From assembly GCF_037042905.1 (NCBI RefSeq), contig NC_087258.1, positions 25,854,001 through 25,918,000 on the forward strand: a stretch of 64,000 bases of DNA. Reading direction: 5' to 3'. This stretch comes from Lytechinus pictus. Taxonomy: Eukaryota. Of this stretch, positions 60,139 to 64,000 are shown piece after piece. The position numbers were made by a program, and so were the translations under genes. The notes beneath the pieces were generated by a model. That model saw only the letters and a program-made list of their open reading frames with translations. It did no database searches and had not been told where the DNA came from. Every line of letters starts with the position of its first letter. Position 1 is the first letter of the stretch.

Positions 60139-61222
60139 ATAAAACCCCATGGTCTCGTATCATTTGACCTTTGGACCTCTCGATGACATTTGATAAATCT
60201 GATCATAATTTTACACACACTGCGGACTATCGGACCCGCGGACTAACGGACCCGCGGACTATCGGACCTACGGACTAACGGACCCGCAGACTATCGGACC
60301 CGCAGACTATCGGACCTGCGGACTAACGGACCCGCGGACTATCGGACCCGCGGACTATCGGGATGCCCCCATCATATCTGGTGCATTTATGGTGATAAAT
60401 GCAGCATTCTGAAATGGAAAATGGCCGCTATGGGCCCTTATTGTATTATGTACAAGTTGAACGAGGACAGATAATTTTCACAAAAGGGCATAAAATTATG
60501 TCGACCATTTTGAATTTTGAAATATAACATTTATCACCTAAATTTTAGATGATATATTTCGTTAGTAATCATGTTTTCAGACAATATTTCACTCATACAA
60601 CACCATTTAGTCAGGCAAAGCCAAAATATGTTAAAATCATTTGTCCCCATTCACATTGTACATAATACTATTGGGGCCTGTAGCGGCCATTTTGACTTTT
60701 AAAATACAGTATTTATCACCTACCTGGCAGAAGAACTGATAAATCTTGTTAGAAATTATGCTTTCAGACAATATTTTACCCAAAGATCACAATTACGTGC
60801 ATTTATGGTGCTCACTCATGTGAAAAATTATTTCCTAGTGCGCATTGTACATAATACAATCAATGTCTATGGCGGCCATTTTGAAAGTCAAAATACAGTA
60901 TTAAACACAAACTTTAAACCTGAATGATATATTTAAAAAACCGTTAAAAACCGTGTGTCTTAGACAGTATCCCATTTATTCATCACAAATAAATGTATTT
61001 CAGTCCTCACTCTTGTGATTTCTTTGGTCCTCTCTCATTGTACATAATACTTTTAGGGCCTTTGGCGGCCATTTTGAATATCAAAATACAGCATTTATCA
61101 CATACATGGCATATTGAATAATATATTTCGTTTTAGTCAATATTCTACTCGTTTCTCTATTGTGCATTTTAATGTTGGGCAACATACTGCCCACTGTGTT
61201 AGGTATATATATTGGTAATATA

Positions 61223-61228
<6 letters not shown>

Positions 61229-61302
<74 letters not shown>
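61229..61302. repeat. (TA)n microsatellite inside a CACTA-like MITE remnant
   Basis: Long TA run followed by TTACCCAAATTTTTAAGAGTG. Confidence 0.85.
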
Positions 61303-61305
<3 letters not shown>

Positions 61306-63193
61306 TGGGCAATTATTATCTGAGCAAATTTATTACCCAAATTTTTAAGAGTGCACTGGTTAAGTGATTATTTTGTGGTGCTTCTTATCTGAATTTATAT
61401 TGTCTGCCAACTCAATCCTCGCATAATAAAACTCATTATTTGACAAATCTTCTTTTCCTTACGTTCATAGTTTATGAAAGCAAAGGCCCTGAATAATTTT
61501 AGCCTATACCTATCACCAAAACACGTTCTGTGCGATTTTATACGCTTATTGAAAAACATTGAAATCAAAAAGCTTTGTCCGACGTGCCAAAATGACAACC
61601 CCATCCCGTAAACTGAATTATAATATTTTTATTTCAAATTGGTTGTCCACGTCGTTATATAATATCTTGTGAAATTCAATAGGGGTATCATTGAATTACA
61701 TGGTATGTTTACAAAAATGAGTTGGAAAATGTATATATACTTGCCTGTCTGAAACATATATCCCTCTATTTCGATTGAAATACTTTCATTTTCTGAGGAG
61801 AGGTCAGATTGAAATGAAATTAATGACTAAATCAAACGCAGCATTACTTCTCCCATGCAAATGGTGATTTTTAAGCAGGCTGAACTCGTTAACTTCATTT
61901 GCTCCCAAATTACCATATTTGTATTCTGTATCACGGCTTCTGCCCGAACGAACAGAATAATGGCATTATTTCGGTACTTATATCGTTCTTACAGCTCAAG
62001 ATATTAGAATACCATTTTGTGTTAAAGCTAACGGCATTTTCTTGTTGACACGGTTTTCAAAATATCGCCTGGTGATGAGCCCTGCTAACATTGTGAAAGT
62101 TACCATAATCTTAAATTAAGGGACTTAATTGACTATAACGATTTCTTTTCCGACTTTACTAAAAAAGAGGAAATTTGATGAAAAAAGTTGAATCCACTAG
62201 AATTAGATCACAAACTCATTACACCAAAGTGGTGATAGATCGAATAAATATCTTTTGCCTGCCAGTTGTAATTAGGCCCGTGTAACCAAGTGAGACAAAA
62301 ATGTGGGTTTTAAGTTTTCAGATGATAAAGATCTCACTTCCGGGAGGGTGGAGTCCTGGAGTCGTCTAATACATTGAGCCTTTTGTATCATAGTATTTGC
62401 TGGTCAAGGAAACAATAACAGTTTTAAAGGAAGGTTTTCAGACATATATACAACTGGGAAACTTATTAGGTATGACAAATAATCACCACTGCACGGGTCA
62501 TTTAATATATCTACATGTAGTTTTGTAGAGAAGTTTCTTACAATATATGGGAAAAACTCAACATGCTGAAAGAATGGGTTGAGGAAATATTCCGTCTAGA
62601 GGTGACATGAGGCGTGTAATGAGCCTCCCCCCAAATAATCATAATAATAATAAAAAAATAAAAAAATAGGAGACGGAGGTAACATCGCTCATGTAAATTA
62701 GTTTTTCCATTTGAAAGAAATAAAATCTCACTTTGTGATACATTTTGCCATAATACTTAAAGGGAAAGTTAATAAGACCAAAAAGTTCATTGTAAACAAT
62801 GGCAGAAAAACAATAACAATTATTGGCGAAGGTTTAAAGAAAATCCATCAAAGAATAAAAAATTATTAGAATTTTTATTGTTTGATTTGTGATTTCAGAT
62901 GCGAGCAGCTTTACTACATATCGTATATGGTAAAAGTCAATGAAATGTCATTTTCTCAGAATATTATAAATGTGCTTTTTTATTGTACCTTCAGTATATC
63001 AATAAACAAATCATTTCACATCCACTCCTAAAAAGAAAGTAAAAAAATAACTCATCACGAACCACTAAAATTGAAATTGATTAAGTTACGATTAATTAAG
63101 GGATTACTTTCTCAAGGGTCAAAATTCTCCTCACAGAAAAATAGCACTATAACAGAAAGAAATGATGTCATTCGAAGCATTAATAAATCTATA

Positions 63194-64000
63194 TTAATTT
63201 GTGGTATTTGAGCAGTATATTCTGAGTGTTTTCTTAAAGACATCTTTGGCTGTCTCCCGGAACATCCTATTTGTGATAAGGTAAACGAGGCAATGCCACC
63301 ACGATGTAGACATAGACAGAAACATATACACACTTCCAAAGACTGGAGGAAGATTGACACCTACGCCTAACAAGACAAAGAAGATGGCGAGAGGTAACCA
63401 AGAGAAAAAGACGACAACGTTCAGGAAAAAGATGGTCAAAAGTGCTCTTCTGTTGCTCTTACGCTGTCTCCTAGTCGCTGCCATTTCCTCTCCAGCATAA
63501 GCTGAGGTGTCGTTGCGGTCCTTGCGCTGATTAACCGTGCTAACCGCTGCAGTCACCGCGATCTCCCCATCTGCAATCGCCTTCGATTGCTTTCGGGCAA
63601 TGACCAGCAAGCTCGATGTTGTAACGATTGACGTGAACATCGCCATAAGCAAGAAGAAAACGCAGAAAATCAGGACGAAATCGCCTTTGAGTGCATCCAT
63701 ATTTGATTTACAGAAGTTCATCATGAAGTCTCCAGAAGGTGTCTTGGGTATAGGCAATCCCACAATGGCCAGAAGAATCGAGGAAGTTATGGCCAAGGAC
63801 ATGACTACAACGGCCCTTCGATCAGTAACTATGTGATGGTACCGAAGGGGTTTTGCAACCATTATATATCGGTTCAGATTAAGAAGACAGGTAACAGTTA
63901 ATGTCACGAAGAACCAAGGAAAAGTCAACACACCTTGGTAGACGCAGATGGCAAATCTGGCATTGGCAGACATGGGAACAATCTGGAGGAGTGATGTAAT
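63194..64000 (-). CDS. Orphan class-A GPCR, paralog 4 (N-terminus outside window)
   Basis: Close paralog of 47745-48767. Frame is open to the window end (ITSLLQIVPMSANAR). NRY, SWLP and WWHCLVY present. Confidence 0.88.
   Translation of the reverse strand: MTSLLQIVPMSANARFAICVYQGVLTFPWFFVTLTVTCLLNLNRYIMVAKPLRYHHIVTDRRAVVVMSLAITSSILLAIVGLPIPKTPSGDFMMNFCKSNMDALKGDFVLIFCVFFLLMAMFTSIVTTSSLLVIARKQSKAIADGEIAVTAAVSTVNQRKDRNDTSAYAGEEMAATRRQRKSNRRALLTIFFLNVVVFFSWLPLAIFFVLLGVGVNLPPVFGSVYMFLSMSTSWWHCLVYLITNRMFRETAKDVFKKTLRIYCSNTTN

Larger units (their letters stand above)
53143..60370. mobile_element. Foldback/TU-like non-autonomous composite transposon, copy 2
   Basis: TSD ATCATATC at 53135-53142 and 60371-60378. 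Same termini, 17-bp arrays and inner domain as copy 1. Confidence 0.92.
51740..61140. repeat. Degenerate ~190-200-bp tandem repeats arranged as a large palindrome, split by the 53143-60370 insertion
   Basis: AAAATGGCCGC-type motif is forward near 52028, 52389, 52593, 52979 and 60418. It is reversed (GGCCATTTTGA) near 60685, 60875 and 61067. Confidence 0.7.

Noticed and set aside
53143-60370. Autonomous transposase within the foldback elements
   Set aside because: No ORF longer than about 120 aa and no DDE-like motifs in copy 2, and copy 1's longer ORFs are low-complexity artefacts.

Overview
AT-rich, repeat-dense animal genomic DNA. An echinoderm or sea-urchin origin is inferred from the repeat landscape and gene content, not proven. 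Host genes: (1) a spliced minus-strand PRRT3/PRRT4-like multi-pass membrane protein with a Glu-Pro repeat N-terminus; (2) four paralogous class-A-like GPCRs with single-exon CDSs (two on +, two on -, the last truncated by the window), which lack most canonical activation motifs; (3) an SLC45-family sugar transporter with six coding exons (654 aa when spliced) lying between the two GPCR pairs. The rest is mostly mobile DNA: an intact CR1/L2-clade LINE ORF2 plus several LINE 3' ends, two tRNA-derived SINEs, and many MITEs (Harbinger-, CACTA-, hAT- and Kolobok-like). There are also two copies (4.6 kb and 7.2 kb) of a non-autonomous TU/foldback-type element with 17-bp tandem-repeat inverted termini and perfect 8-bp TSDs. 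Both copies share the junction of a hAT-like insertion in their right arm, so the composite kept transposing after nesting. One 153-nt assembly gap (45385-45537). All calls were made by eye; no searches were run.
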